Positions 52,258-64,000 of a stretch of DNA of 64,000 nt are shown here, one piece after another. Numbering within the stretch: the first letter of the stretch is position 1; the number at the start of each line of letters is the position of its first letter. The notes beneath the pieces are model-generated. The model was not told where the DNA came from. It saw only the letters and a program-made list of their open reading frames with translations, and ran no database searches. The DNA is taken from contig OZ024742.1 of NCBI GenBank assembly GCA_964016885.1, positions 82,026,001 to 82,090,000 on the forward strand. Reading direction: 5' to 3'. The DNA is from Eledone cirrhosa. Its lineage: Eukaryota. A program made the position numbers and the translations under genes.

Positions 52258-55200
52258 CAAAAACTAAGTCAGACATTCGAACACTACATTACAATGAAAC
52301 TTATGCTTATTCATTTTTGGGGCCCTTTCTGCCTGTGTGATTGTTTGTTTATGTGTGTTCGTATACAGCGTGGTGATAATGCCACACAAGGGCCAAGTGG
52401 AACGGCGAATCCACAGATGGCTATGTAACCATACATTCGCCAATCCTCGATAAGAGTGTTTAAATATCGAACATAAACAGTTCGAATAACGGTGAAATGG
52501 AGACTAGAACGTCATGTGACAGACTCTCACCCAACAGGTGCCCCCTGGCTCAGCAGCAGGAACCTGACTGTCAACCAAATACTGCTGATGTTGGAGGAAG
52601 AAAAAGAAGGAAAGGGGCCAGAACCAACTGGACGAAAGAATTGAATAGAACTGTTATGCAATGTTACCTGAAAAGTAACCCCAAGGAGAGGGGCTACAGG
52701 AGACGGATGCATAACATCTGGAACGAGATTGGTCTATTTAAGTGAGATGAACAAAAATTGGCCGGGCAGGCTCGGGTAATAAGAACTAATGGGTGGATAA
52801 GCGAGCTGGAACTGGAGGAACTGAGCAGAGAGAATGGCTTGGAGATGGCGGGTGTAGTATGCCAGACAAGCGAGCCAGTGGGAAATGAAGGTGAAGAGGT
52901 CCTGAGAACGGAGGAACCACCCGAAGCAGACAATGATCTGAATACTGAGATAAATAATACCTGGAACAGAGATACGGCCACTGAGGAGAAGAATGCTGAC
53001 GGGCTAGGACAAGATTCGGTTGACATCCTAAATTTAGTGGTAGATGAATTGAACAATGATAGTGGGAGACTTATTAACCTAAGATTTGTAGACATGAAAA
53101 AGTTAAAAGAAACAACAGCTAATGTAAACAAAGTCATCCCATACCTTGAGGCGAGGAGCCTTCACCAGTGCAACAATATCCTCAAAGCAACAGCAAATAC
53201 GGTGAGGAAACTACTTGGTATAAAAGCGAGAGGAAACAACAGACAAGAAAGAGCAGAGCCGTGGTGGAAGAAACGACCGAGTGGTCAAATCGGGGAAATG
53301 AGAAATGACATAGGAAAGCTTGAGTCACTACTGAATGGGACACTAAAAAACATAGGCACTAAAAATAGACTGGAAATAAAGTACAAAACTAGGAGGAAAA
53401 AGCTAAATATTATCATAGAGGAACTGAAGCAACGCATTGTAGCAAAGAGTGCAAAAATCAGGCGATACGAGAACAGAGTCAGTCAGTATAAACAGAACCG
53501 CATGTTCGACAACAACCAGAAGATGCTGTTTGGACAGCTTGAGGGGAAAGAAAGAGGCAACGACTTGATCCCTGGGGCGGAGCAAACTAAAACATTCTGG
53601 AGAGGAATATGGGAGCAGGATGTTAGACATAATGTCCAGGCAGGGTGGATTGAGACAGTACAGAGGGAGATCGGTGAGCAGGCACACCAACAAACTGATT
53701 TGAGTATCACAGTTGAAACTCTTAAGGGGCAGGCCAAAAAACTAACCAACTGGAAATCACCAGGCCCAGATGGTGTGCAGGGGTATTGGATTAAAAATTT
53801 AACATCCCTCCACCCGAAGCTGACGGCCATGTTCAATGACTGCTTGATGTCGGGTGAGGTGCCAGAGTGGTTGACAAAAGGTACCACAGTTCTGATAATG
53901 AAAGACCGAATCAAGGGTAATGATGTTACCAACTATAGACCTATCACATGTCTGTCCGTAATGTGGAAACTGTTGACGAGCATTGTGTCTGAGGAAATCT
54001 ACCATCACCTCCACACAAACAACTTGTTACCGGACGAACAGAAAGGATGCCGAAAGAAGTCACGTGGTACAAAGGACCAGTTACTTATTGATAAGATGGT
54101 AATGGGGAACTGCAGGAGGAGACACACTGATCTTGCCATGGGATGGATAGACTACAGAAAGGCATTTGACATGGTGCCTCATTCTTGGATCACCAAAAGC
54201 CTGGAGATCTTCACGGTGGCAGATAACATCAGACAGTTGCTGGGCAGGAGTATGGGGTCCTGGGAGACAGAGTTGACATCAACTGGAGTATCCTTGGAAG
54301 GGTGAAGATCAAGAGAGGTATCTTCCAGGGAGATAGCCTGTCCCCTCTGTTGTTTGTCCTTGCCCTGATGCCCTTGACCATTATGCTGCGAAAAGTGAGA
54401 GCAGGATACAAGTTGGGAAAGGGAGAGCTTACCATCAATCACCTCCTCTTCATGGACGATCTTAAGCTCTTCGGGAAAAGTGAGAAGGAGTTGGATGTGC
54501 TTGTTGACACTGTCCGTATTTTCAGCAGTGATATATGTATGCAGTTTGCTATTAGTAAATGTGGAGTCATTGTGATGAGGAGGGGTAGGTTGAGCATAAG
54601 TAACGGGATCCAGATACCAACAGGTGAGATGATAAAGGAAATTGACTCTGAGGAAGGATACAAGTATTTGGGGGTTCTGGAGGCTGATGGCATAAATAAC
54701 AAAAAAATGAAGGAATTGTTAAGAACTGAATACATTCGGAGAGTAGGGAGCGTATTGAAGTCACATCTGAACAGGAAAAATGCCATAAGCGCAGTAAATT
54801 CCCGAGCTGTGTCTATTACTAGGTACAGTGCTGGAATTCTGAGATGGAATGTTTCTGAACAAAAAGAAATGGATAGGAAGACTAGGAAGCTATTGACTAT
54901 CTACAACATGTTCCACAAGAGGAGCGATGTCGATAGACTCTACCTAAGGAGATCTGAGGGTGAAAGAGGTCTTATCAGCATAGAGGACTGTGTTCAGATG
55001 GAGAAAAACAACCTATACAAATACGTGACCTATAGTAAGGAGCCAATGCTCAGAACTGTACTGAAGGAGGGGACAGTAGGCCAGGGGATGTCCAAGGAGG
55101 AAATAACATCAAGGAGGAAGAGCAGCCTTAAGGGAAAATCCCTTCATAGTACCTTCTTTGAGAAAACTGAATTTAGAGATCCACAGACATGGAACTGGTT

Positions 55201-55971
55201 GAGAAGAGGAGATCTCAAAAAGGCTACATAAGGAATGCTAATGGCTGCGCAGGAGCAGGCCCTCAAAACGAAGTGGTTGAAGCACCATATTTACAAGGAG
55301 GAGGCTAGCCCACTGTGCAGGATCTGTGGAGAGAGAGAGGAGACTGTGGCTCACATTGTGTCCGAGTGTAAACACCTAGCCCAGACTCACTATAAGGGCT
55401 GGAGACACGATGTGATGGGCAGGGTGATCCACTGGCACCTGTGCAAAGTAAACAATTTACCACATTCTGAGAAATGGTATGAGCATAGGCCAGAGGAGGT
55501 GATGGAGAACAATGAGGTGAAGGTGCTGTGGGATTTTAGGATACAGACGGACAAAAAACTGGAACACAATAGACCAGACCTGGGGGTTGTGGACAAAGAA
55601 AAAAGATCGTGTCTGATTGTGGATGTGGCCTGCCCTTTCGACACGAGAGTGCAAGAGAAGGAGAGGGAGAAAATTAACCGATACCAGGACCTAAAGTGGG
55701 AGGTGAAAAGGATTTGGAACTGCTATGAAGTCAAAGTGATCCCAATTGTCATAGGCGCACTGGGGACTATCTCCAACAGTTTCCAGGGGTGGTTAAAGAA
55801 AATCGGCCCCTTCACGCTTTTTGGAACGCTTCAAAAGGCATGCTTGCTGGGAACAGCAAGAACCCTCCGATACGTCCTGAATATCTGAGGCTGCAGGTAG
55901 TGGCTTGATATTCATTCCAACGGACTTTCCAGTTAACCAACATCAATGACTGAGATTCAAGGAATAACAAC

Positions 55972-56003
<32 letters not shown>
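52258..56003 (+). mobile_element. R4/Dong-type non-LTR retrotransposon, family A, full length
   Basis: (AAT)n on both sides; single RT + CCHC + RLE ORF; the 5' UTR is shared with the copy at 61833. Confidence 0.92.
52497..55888 (+). pseudogene. RT + zinc knuckle + restriction-like endonuclease (TGA 52743, frameshift ~54300, TAA 55229)
   Basis: KSPGPDG, NYRPITCL, DYRKAFDMVPH, GIFQGDSLSPLLF, HLLFMDDLKLF, CRICGEREETVAHIVSEC, RHD, NRPD..D, KINRY. Confidence 0.95.
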
Positions 56004-56004
<1 letters not shown>

Positions 56005-56182
56005 TGTTTCTACTTTTGGCACAAGGCCAGCAATTACCCAGTGTATTACTGGTACTTTATTATATCGACCCCATAAGGATGAAAGGCAAAGTTAACCTCG
56101 GCGGGATTTGAACTCAGAATGGCAAGGGCCGTAACTCTATGCGTCAAAGCATGGCGTCCGACCCTCTACCGATACTGCCAAT
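56003..56182 (-). mobile_element. tRNA-derived SINE copy, tail-to-tail with Dong A
   Basis: Reverse complement of 38478-38660. Confidence 0.9.
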
Positions 56183-56352
56183 AAGTACATCACAAGTCTA
56201 AACACTAAAGATGCATGTGTGAGTATGTATGTTCTTTCTTGAACATGGCGGACCTTGTTGTCTCTTGAGGTCACTTGTTGTGACTTGGTGATAACTCGTA
56301 TGAACATAAAGTAAGATAAATGCAACTGTAATAATAATAATAATAATAATAT
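56180..56352 (+). repeat. isolated 3' UTR of Dong family B (repeat of 60282-60443)
   Basis: TAAGTACATCACAAGTC..AAGATAAAT followed by (AAT)n in both places. Confidence 0.92.
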
Positions 56353-56464
56353 TATTGTAATGCACTGGGTGAATGCTGGCCTTGTGCCTGGAGTGGAGAC
56401 AATTATTAATAATTTCATTGTTAAGCCACGCAATGCTCACATTAAGGAACCACTCATGATAATA

Positions 56465-59400
56465 ACAATTTAAAAAAACAACAAAAAACAAAAAAACCCG
56501 TGACCAAGAAATACCGGAATGGCGGCCGGCGGGGAATAGCCGTGTCTCTAAGGGAGAACGACCCCTCTAGTCTTGGTTGACACTCATTCTAGAAGTGGTA
56601 ACACGAAATGATTACCCCTTGGCGGTAAAGGATAAAACGCGACAAAATAAAGTAAATGATAAAATCTCATACTGGATCGGCCGTCACCCGGGTAAAAAAG
56701 GGCCGCGTCCGTCAAAGATGAACCAGACTGGGGTCGAAAAATCAGCTAATGGGTCAAACCTTCCCATCACTTTGGAACTGGAGACTTCCCATAACCGGAA
56801 TACTCCTAATCTTGGCCCTCCATGCTCACCACCAAGAAATCCAAAGAAAAAGAGAGAAAAATGGTCAAGGGAAGATAATAAAGAAGTCCTTGAGGGTTTC
56901 TACACTGCCATGTACTACCCATCAAATACATCGAATACAGAACAGACATATATCAACTGGAAAAAGAAACTTCCCTAAAACAGAGGCTATATTGACAGTA
57001 ACAAACTAGCCAATATACGAAGAAATATTGTAAAAAAAAAGTTACTAACTGATATAGAAATTGATCAGATCAAGCTATTACCACAAAGGCAGCGAAGAAA
57101 AAATGAAAAATGTGTCAGGGAAAACGAGGTAAATTGTAACATTTCGAATCCCAGGGTTGGAGCAGAATCACTGGCAACAGAACAAATTAAAGAAAGGATC
57201 GAAAAGGTGGAGGGAGTGCATACTCAAGATGAAACTCCAAATGAAAATAATGAGATCGTAAATGATAAAGAAATGAATGAGAATGAACTTGCCAACTTGA
57301 AGGATGAAATTATGATCGAATGGATGAAAATGAAAGAATCTGACATAGGGCAACGAGACACCCTCCCTAAGGTCCAGAACTCCAAACAGAACCAAAAGAT
57401 AATACACAAGACTAACATAATTCTCAAAAACATTATCATCACAAACAAACTAAACATTAATGATTTAGATCATCTCTATTATGCATCGGCTAAAGTCACC
57501 ACTCACTTATGTGGAGTGTGGAGTGAAGATGAAAAGACAAAGGAATTCCCACAAGAAATCTACTTGGCAAATAAACCTTCTCCGATCTGACATAGAAATT
57601 TTAACAAACTATAAAGTAGGTGAACATGATAAACAAACTAAACTTAGAAAATTGAAAAGAAAGTAGAATATAAAATCAACAAGTGACATAGACATGCTGA
57701 TAGAAATAATCAAGCAAAAAGTGTCGGCCAAAGCTACTCGTATAAGGCGCTTTGAAAAACGATCTAGATTCTATAAGGACAATAATGTGTTCAAAAACAA
57801 CCAATAAAACTTCTACAGAAACATTGCTAAGTCAACAATAACTGCTAAAGCAATACCACCCAAGGAGGAAGTGCAAGAATTCTGGGAAAAGATCTGGGCC
57901 GAAGAAAAAGTTCATAACATACATGCCCCATGGATAGACAGACAAATGAAAGATACAGCTCACCTTGAAGAACAAATATGGGAAAATATAACAGTTGAAC
58001 AGTTGCGCTTGGCTCTAAGAAAAACCAGCAAATGGAAATCCCCAGGAAAAGACAAAGTACAAAGTTTTTGGATAAATGCCTTCACAGAGTCTCATGAGCT
58101 GTTAGCCCAACTTTACAATGAAATAGTTAAGGAGCCAGAAAAGATACCATCATGGATAGTTAACGGCATTACATTCCTGCTTCCGAAGATTGATGAGACA
58201 AACAATCCCAAAGATTACAGACCGATAACTTGCTTGACCACAATGTATAAAATGTTAACATCAGTCCTAACTGAATACTCATATGACCACCTGATAACAA
58301 ATGACATATTTCCCATTGAGCGGAAAGATTGTAAACGAGGCTCATATGGCTGTAAGGATCAGCTTTTGGTTAACAAAATGATACTGGAAGATTGTCATAA
58401 CAGACACAAAAATCTATCAATTGCTTGGATAGATTATAAAAAAGCATTCGATAGTTTGCCACACAGTTGGATTGAAAAATGTTTAGAGATTTTCAAAATT
58501 TCCCGCGTTGTCAGGAGGTTTTTGTCATTCAGTATGAAGACATGGAAAACGACACTCCTTTTGAATACTGAAACAAATACACTGGAAGCTGGAGAAGTTA
58601 ATATTAATTGTGGAATTTTTCAGGGTGACTCTTTGTCACCGCTCTTATTCTGCATCGCATTTATACCATTAAGGAAAATGCTCAATGAAACAAAACATGG
58701 ATATAAAGTCTATGACAAAACCATTAATCACTTGTTCTACATGGATGACCTGAAACTATTTGCAAAAAATGATGAACAATTGCAAGGGCTATTATCTACT
58801 GTGGAGCAGTTCAGTGATGACATTAAAATGGAGTTTGAACTAGATAAATGCGCCAAAGCAACGTTCACCAGAGGAAAGCTGCTGAAGAGTTCAGACATTA
58901 ATCTTGATCGGGAGAACGTGATAAGAGAACTTGATCAAGAAAAACTTACAAATATCTAGGGTTTTGTGAAGGAGACGGAATCAAGCACTCGACAATGAGG
59001 GAAAGGATAAGGAAGGAATGTTACCGCAGAGTAAGAGCAATCTTAAGAACGGAATTGAATGCAAGGAATAGGATCGATGCCATAAACACGCTTGCCATAC
59101 CAGTAGTGATCTACAGTTACAATGTCATCAACTGGTCAAGCACAGAGATCCATAGGCTCGATACAAAAATTCGAAAAATTTAACCATGCACAGAATGCAT
59201 CACCCTAAGGCAGATACAGATAGAATATATATCCCTAGGAAAGCAGGAGGACGTGGGTTAATCCAGTTAGACATTGCGTTGAAAACTGCAACAATTGGAC
59301 TATCTACATATCTAAGGGAATCACATGATTGGATGATCAAACTCGTTTTGAAACACGAAAGCATCAAAAGCTCATATTCCATTACAAAAGATGCACAAAG

Positions 59401-60443
59401 ATACAGTAATGGACTACAAATTTCAGAAGTCCCATTTATTGCTGAAATGGAAAACACAGAAAAAGCAAAGCAGGTAAAAGTAACTGCAAAGAAAGAACTG
59501 CTACAGAAACTGGCTAAGAAATGGCAAGAAAAGCCTCTGTATGGAAAATACCCAGAACGAGCTAACAATCCTGATGTTGACAAAACTTTAACACATCAGT
59601 GGTTGGCATCCTCTGGACTTAAATCGGAGACTGAAGGACTGATTATATCAGCACAAGATCAGTGTCTGCCAACAAAAAATTACCAAGCCAACACAATAAA
59701 AAATGGATGCAGCCCATTATGCCGTGTATGCAAAAAACAACCAGAGACCATTGACCATATAATTTCAATGTGCAGTCCTATAGCTCCAACCGAATACCTA
59801 AACAGGCATGACAGAGCTGCACAATACATACATTGGATAATGTGTAAGCATTTAGACCTGCCCCTTCAAAAGAATTGGTGGAGCATCAACCACCTCCCAT
59901 ACTTGAAAAAGATCACATTTCAATCTTGTGGAACTTTAGCTTCCAAACAGACCGAAAAATAGATGCAAATAGACCTGATATAATATTGAAGGACTTTAGA
60001 AAGAGGGTATGCCTGCTAATTGATATGTCCGTTCCAATAGTCAAGGATGTATCTATAAAAACATTTGAAAAATTGAGCAAGTATAAGGACCTGGAGATAT
60101 AAATTGGAAACATGTGGAAATTGAGAACTAAAACAATACCAGTGGTTGTAGGCGCACTGGGAATGATACCTAAGGGGTCTAATGATTACTTATCGCAAAT
60201 CCCAGGAAACCCGCGTATAGGAGAAATACAAAAATAGTACAAATGGGAACTGCCCATATACTAAGGAAGATTCTGTCAATATAAGTACATCACAAGTCTA
60301 AACACTAAAGATGCATGTGTGAGTATGTATGTTCTTGCTTGAACATGGCGGACCTTGTTGTCTCTTGAGGTCACTTGTTGTGACTTGGTGATAACTCGTA
60401 TGAACATAAAGCAAGATAAATATAATAATAATAATAATAATAA
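56465..60443 (+). mobile_element. R4/Dong-type non-LTR retrotransposon, family B, full length with many stops and frameshifts
   Basis: KSPGKD, DYRPITCL, DYKKAFDSLPH, GIFQGDSLSPLLF, HLFYMDDLKLF, CRVCKKQPETIDHIISMC, RHD, NRPDI, KLSKY; (AAT)n tail. Confidence 0.92.
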
Positions 60444-60873
60444 TGGAAGAAGGGAAGAAGACGCACATGGTGGATAGAAGGTCGTGAAATCGCACCCGTA
60501 AGTTTTGATTTTTTAACATATTTAAATCAATCGTGAAATAACAAGTCTTAGTACAAATGATACATAAAACATCCGGCAGGAGTCCCAACAAATTTCGGAT
60601 CCATAATATATTGTTATATCGCTCAAATATTCAAATTTGTATTATACATTTTATATTAAAAAAAAGAAAATGGTTATGAATGGAAGAAAACCCCCTCTGT
60701 CTACACTATATAGAACAGCCAAATAACAGCAATTTCACCAAATTCAGAAACTAGATACACCACCTACGCCATCACCCCTCTGTGTACACTAAACACAACA
60801 GCAAGATAACGGCAATTTCACCACCACCACCACCAAACTCAGCATAATAATAATAATTACTATTATTATTGCC

Positions 60874-61752
60874 TCAAGTTTTAGTTTTAACAAAATGTTT
60901 AATTCCAATATTAGAGGAATATGTCAACACATATACGCGACTAACGATAATTTCACTGAAGATAATTTCACCACCAACATCACAACCACTACTACGATGA
61001 AAACTCTGGTCAAGTCGACCCAAATTTCTACTCCAACTTCAACACCATCACTACAGTAATACGACCACATCACCACCACCACTGCCTCATCATCGCTACC
61101 GCCGCTATTCTCTCCCACTACTTCCTGCTAGTTGCTGCAAGCACAGCACCGCCACCACCACCACCACTGCCTCATTATCACCACCGCCGCTATTCTCTCC
61201 CGCTGCCCCCTGCTACATTGTAGAATTCCCACTAAAAAAGGAGGCATCAAAATATATAAATAGACTGAATTGATGACCCGGTCAAAATAAAAAACAAAAA
61301 CAAAAATCAAAATCAAGTTTTAGTTTTAACAAAATGTTTAATTCCAATATTAAGAAAATATGTCAACACATATACGCGACTAACGATAATTTCACTAAAG
61401 ATAATTTCACCACCAACACCACCACCACTACCAGGATGAATACTCTGGTCAAGTCGACTCAAATTTTTACTCCAACTTTAACACCATCACTACAGTAATA
61501 CGACCACATCACCACCACCACTGCCTCATTATCGCTACCGCCGCTATTCTCTCCCACTACCTCCTGCTAGTTGCTGCTAGCACAGCACCGCCACTACCAC
61601 CGACACAACTGCCTCATTATCACTACCGCCGCTATTCTCTCCCGCTAGCCCCTGCTACATTGTAGAATTCTCACTAAAAGAGGAACGCATCAAAATATAT
61701 AAATAGACTGAATTGATGACCCCGTCAATCAAAAAAACAAAAATCAAAATCA
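60874..61752 (+). repeat. ~440-bp tandem duplication with (ACC)n-rich core
   Basis: TCAAGTTTTAGTTTTAAC starts at 60874 and 61313; units are colinear. Confidence 0.92.
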
Positions 61753-61832
61753 AAGCAGCACAGCAACAACGGAACACGTAAAGAAAATAATAATGAAGAG
61801 AAAAACAAACAGACGGACAGAGAAGGGAAGGG

Positions 61833-64000
61833 AAAAACTAAGTCAGACATTCAAACACTACATTACAAAGAAACGTAAGCTTATTCATTTTTGGGTTTTT
61901 TTCTGCCTGTTTGTTTGTTTGTTTATTTGTGTTCGTCTACAGCGTGATAATGCCACACAAAAGTCACGTGGAGTGACGAAACCACGGGAGACGATGGATT
62001 CACCGGTGGTTATATAACCATACATTCGCCAATCCTCGATAAGAGTGTTTAAATGTCGAACCTAAACAGTTCGATTAACGGTGAAATGGAGACTAGAATG
62101 TCATGTGACAGACTCTCACCCAACAGGTGCTCCCTTGTACAGAAGCAGGGACCTGGCTGTCAACCAAATACTGCTGGTGTCGGAGGAAGAAGAAGAAGGA
62201 AAGGGACCAGAACCAACTGGATGAAAGAATTGAGTAGAACTGATATGCAATGTTACCTGAAGAGTAACCCCAAGGAGAAAGGCTATAGGAAACGGATGCA
62301 TAACATCCGGAATGAGATTGGTCTATTTAAATTAGATGAACAAAAATTAGCCGGGCAGGCTCGGGTAATAAGAACTAATGGGTAGATAAGCGATCTGGAA
62401 CTGGAGGGACTGAGCAGAGAGATTAACTTGGAGATGGAGAGTGGAGTATGCCAGGCAAACGAGCCAGTGGGAAATGAAGGTGAAAGGGTCGAGAGAACGG
62501 AGGAACAACCCGAAGCAGACAATGATCTGAATGCTGAGATAAAAGTACCTGGAACAGAAATACGGCCACTGAGGAGACGAATGCTGACGGGCTAGGACAA
62601 GATTTGGTTGATATCCTAAACTTAGTGGGAGATGAATTGAACAATGATAGTGGGAGACCTATGAACCTAAGATTTGTAGACAGGAAAAAGTTAAAAGAAA
62701 CAACAGCTAAGGTAAACAAAGTCATCCCATACAGTGAGGCGAGGAGCCTTCACCAGTGCAACAATATCCTCAAAACAACTGCAAATACTGTGAGGAAACT
62801 ACTTGCTATAAAAGCGAGAGGAAACAACAGACAAGAAAGAGCAGAGCCTTGGTGGAAGAAACGACTGAGTGGTCAAATCAGGGAAATGAGAAATGACATT
62901 GGAAAGCTTGAGTCCCTCCTGATTGGACACTAAAAAAGATAGACACTAAAAATAGACATGAAATAAAGTACAAACGTAGGAGGAAAAAGCTAAATATTAT
63001 CATAGAGGAACTGAAGCAACGCATTGTAGCAAAGAGTGCAAAAATCAGGCGTTACGAGAACAGAGTCAGTATAGACAGAACCGCATGTTCGACAACAACC
63101 AGAAGATGTTGTTTGGACAGCTTGAAGGGAAAGAAAGAGGCAACGACTTGATCCCTGAGGCGGAACAAACTAAAACATTCTGGAGAGGAAGATGGGTGCA
63201 GGATGTTAAAAACAATGACCAGGCAGTGTGGATTGAGACAGTACAGAAGGAGATCAGTGAACAGGCACACCAACAAACTGATTTGAGTATCACAGTTGAA
63301 ACTCTTAAATGGCAGGCCAAAAAACTAACCAGCTGGAAATCACCAGGCCCAGATGGTGTGCAGGGGTATTGGATTAAAAATATAACATCCCTCCACCCGA
63401 AACTGACAACCATGTTCAATGACTGCTTCATGTCAGGTGAGGTACCAGAGTGGTTAACAAAATGTACCACAGTCCTGATAATGAAAGCCCGAATCAAGGG
63501 TAATGATGCTACCAACTATAGACCTATCACATGTCTGTCCGTAATGTGGAAACTGTTGACAAGCATTGTGTCTGAGGAAATCTACCATCACCTCCACACA
63601 AACAACATGTTACCGGACGAACAGAAAGGATGCCGAAAGATGTCACGTGGTACAACGGACCAGTTACTTGTTGATAAGATGGTAATGAGGAATTGCAAGA
63701 GGAGACACACTGGTCTTGCCATGGGATGGATAGACTACAAAGAGGATCACCAAAAGCATGGAGATCTTCAAGGTGGCAGATAACATCAGACAGCTGTTGG
63801 GCAAAAGTATGAAGTCCTGGGAAACAGAGTTAACATCAAATGGAGAATCCTTGGGAAGCGTGAAGTTCAAGAGAGGTATCTTCCAGGGAGATAGTCTGTA
63901 CCCTCTGTTGTTTGTCTTTGCCCTGATGCCCTTGACCAGTGTACTGCGAAAAGTGATAGCAGGATACAAGTTGGGAAAGGGAGAGCTTACCATCAATCAC
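61833..64000 (+). mobile_element. R4/Dong family A, second and more decayed copy, cut by window end
   Basis: Colinear with 52258-54440; stops, frameshifts and a deletion of the AFDMVPHS motif. Confidence 0.93.

Noticed and set aside
52743-52745. TGA in Dong A as recoded codon
   Set aside because: The sister copy at ~62332 has TTA, so this is an ordinary nonsense mutation.

Overview
AT-rich, microsatellite-dense eukaryotic DNA with no recognisable host exon. The tRNA-derived SINE resembles coleoid cephalopod (octopus-type) SINEs, so that origin is inferred. The window is a nest of retroelements. There are about nine Penelope-like element (PLE) copies or fragments from at least three lineages: Neptune-type at 1-5743 and 21690-25370, Naiad-type at 7510-11919, 12700-14823, 15038-15290, 37700-40760 and 49990-51540, and a third lineage at 18290-20632 and 25480-25930. 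There are also three R4/Dong-type RLE non-LTR elements in or near (AAT)n tracts (52258-64000), three SINE copies, decayed Gypsy and LINE scraps, and many tandem or inverted duplications. Reading both strands by eye gives 14 hammerhead-ribozyme (HHR) motifs, mostly in PLE pseudo-LTRs. They include a variant with a 115-nt helix II, a U3-A8 compensatory core variant, and ORF-less fold-back elements whose arms each carry an HHR. HHRs in PLEs are known; the particular variants and ORF-less architectures are the parts worth checking. All calls are by eye and boundaries are approximate.
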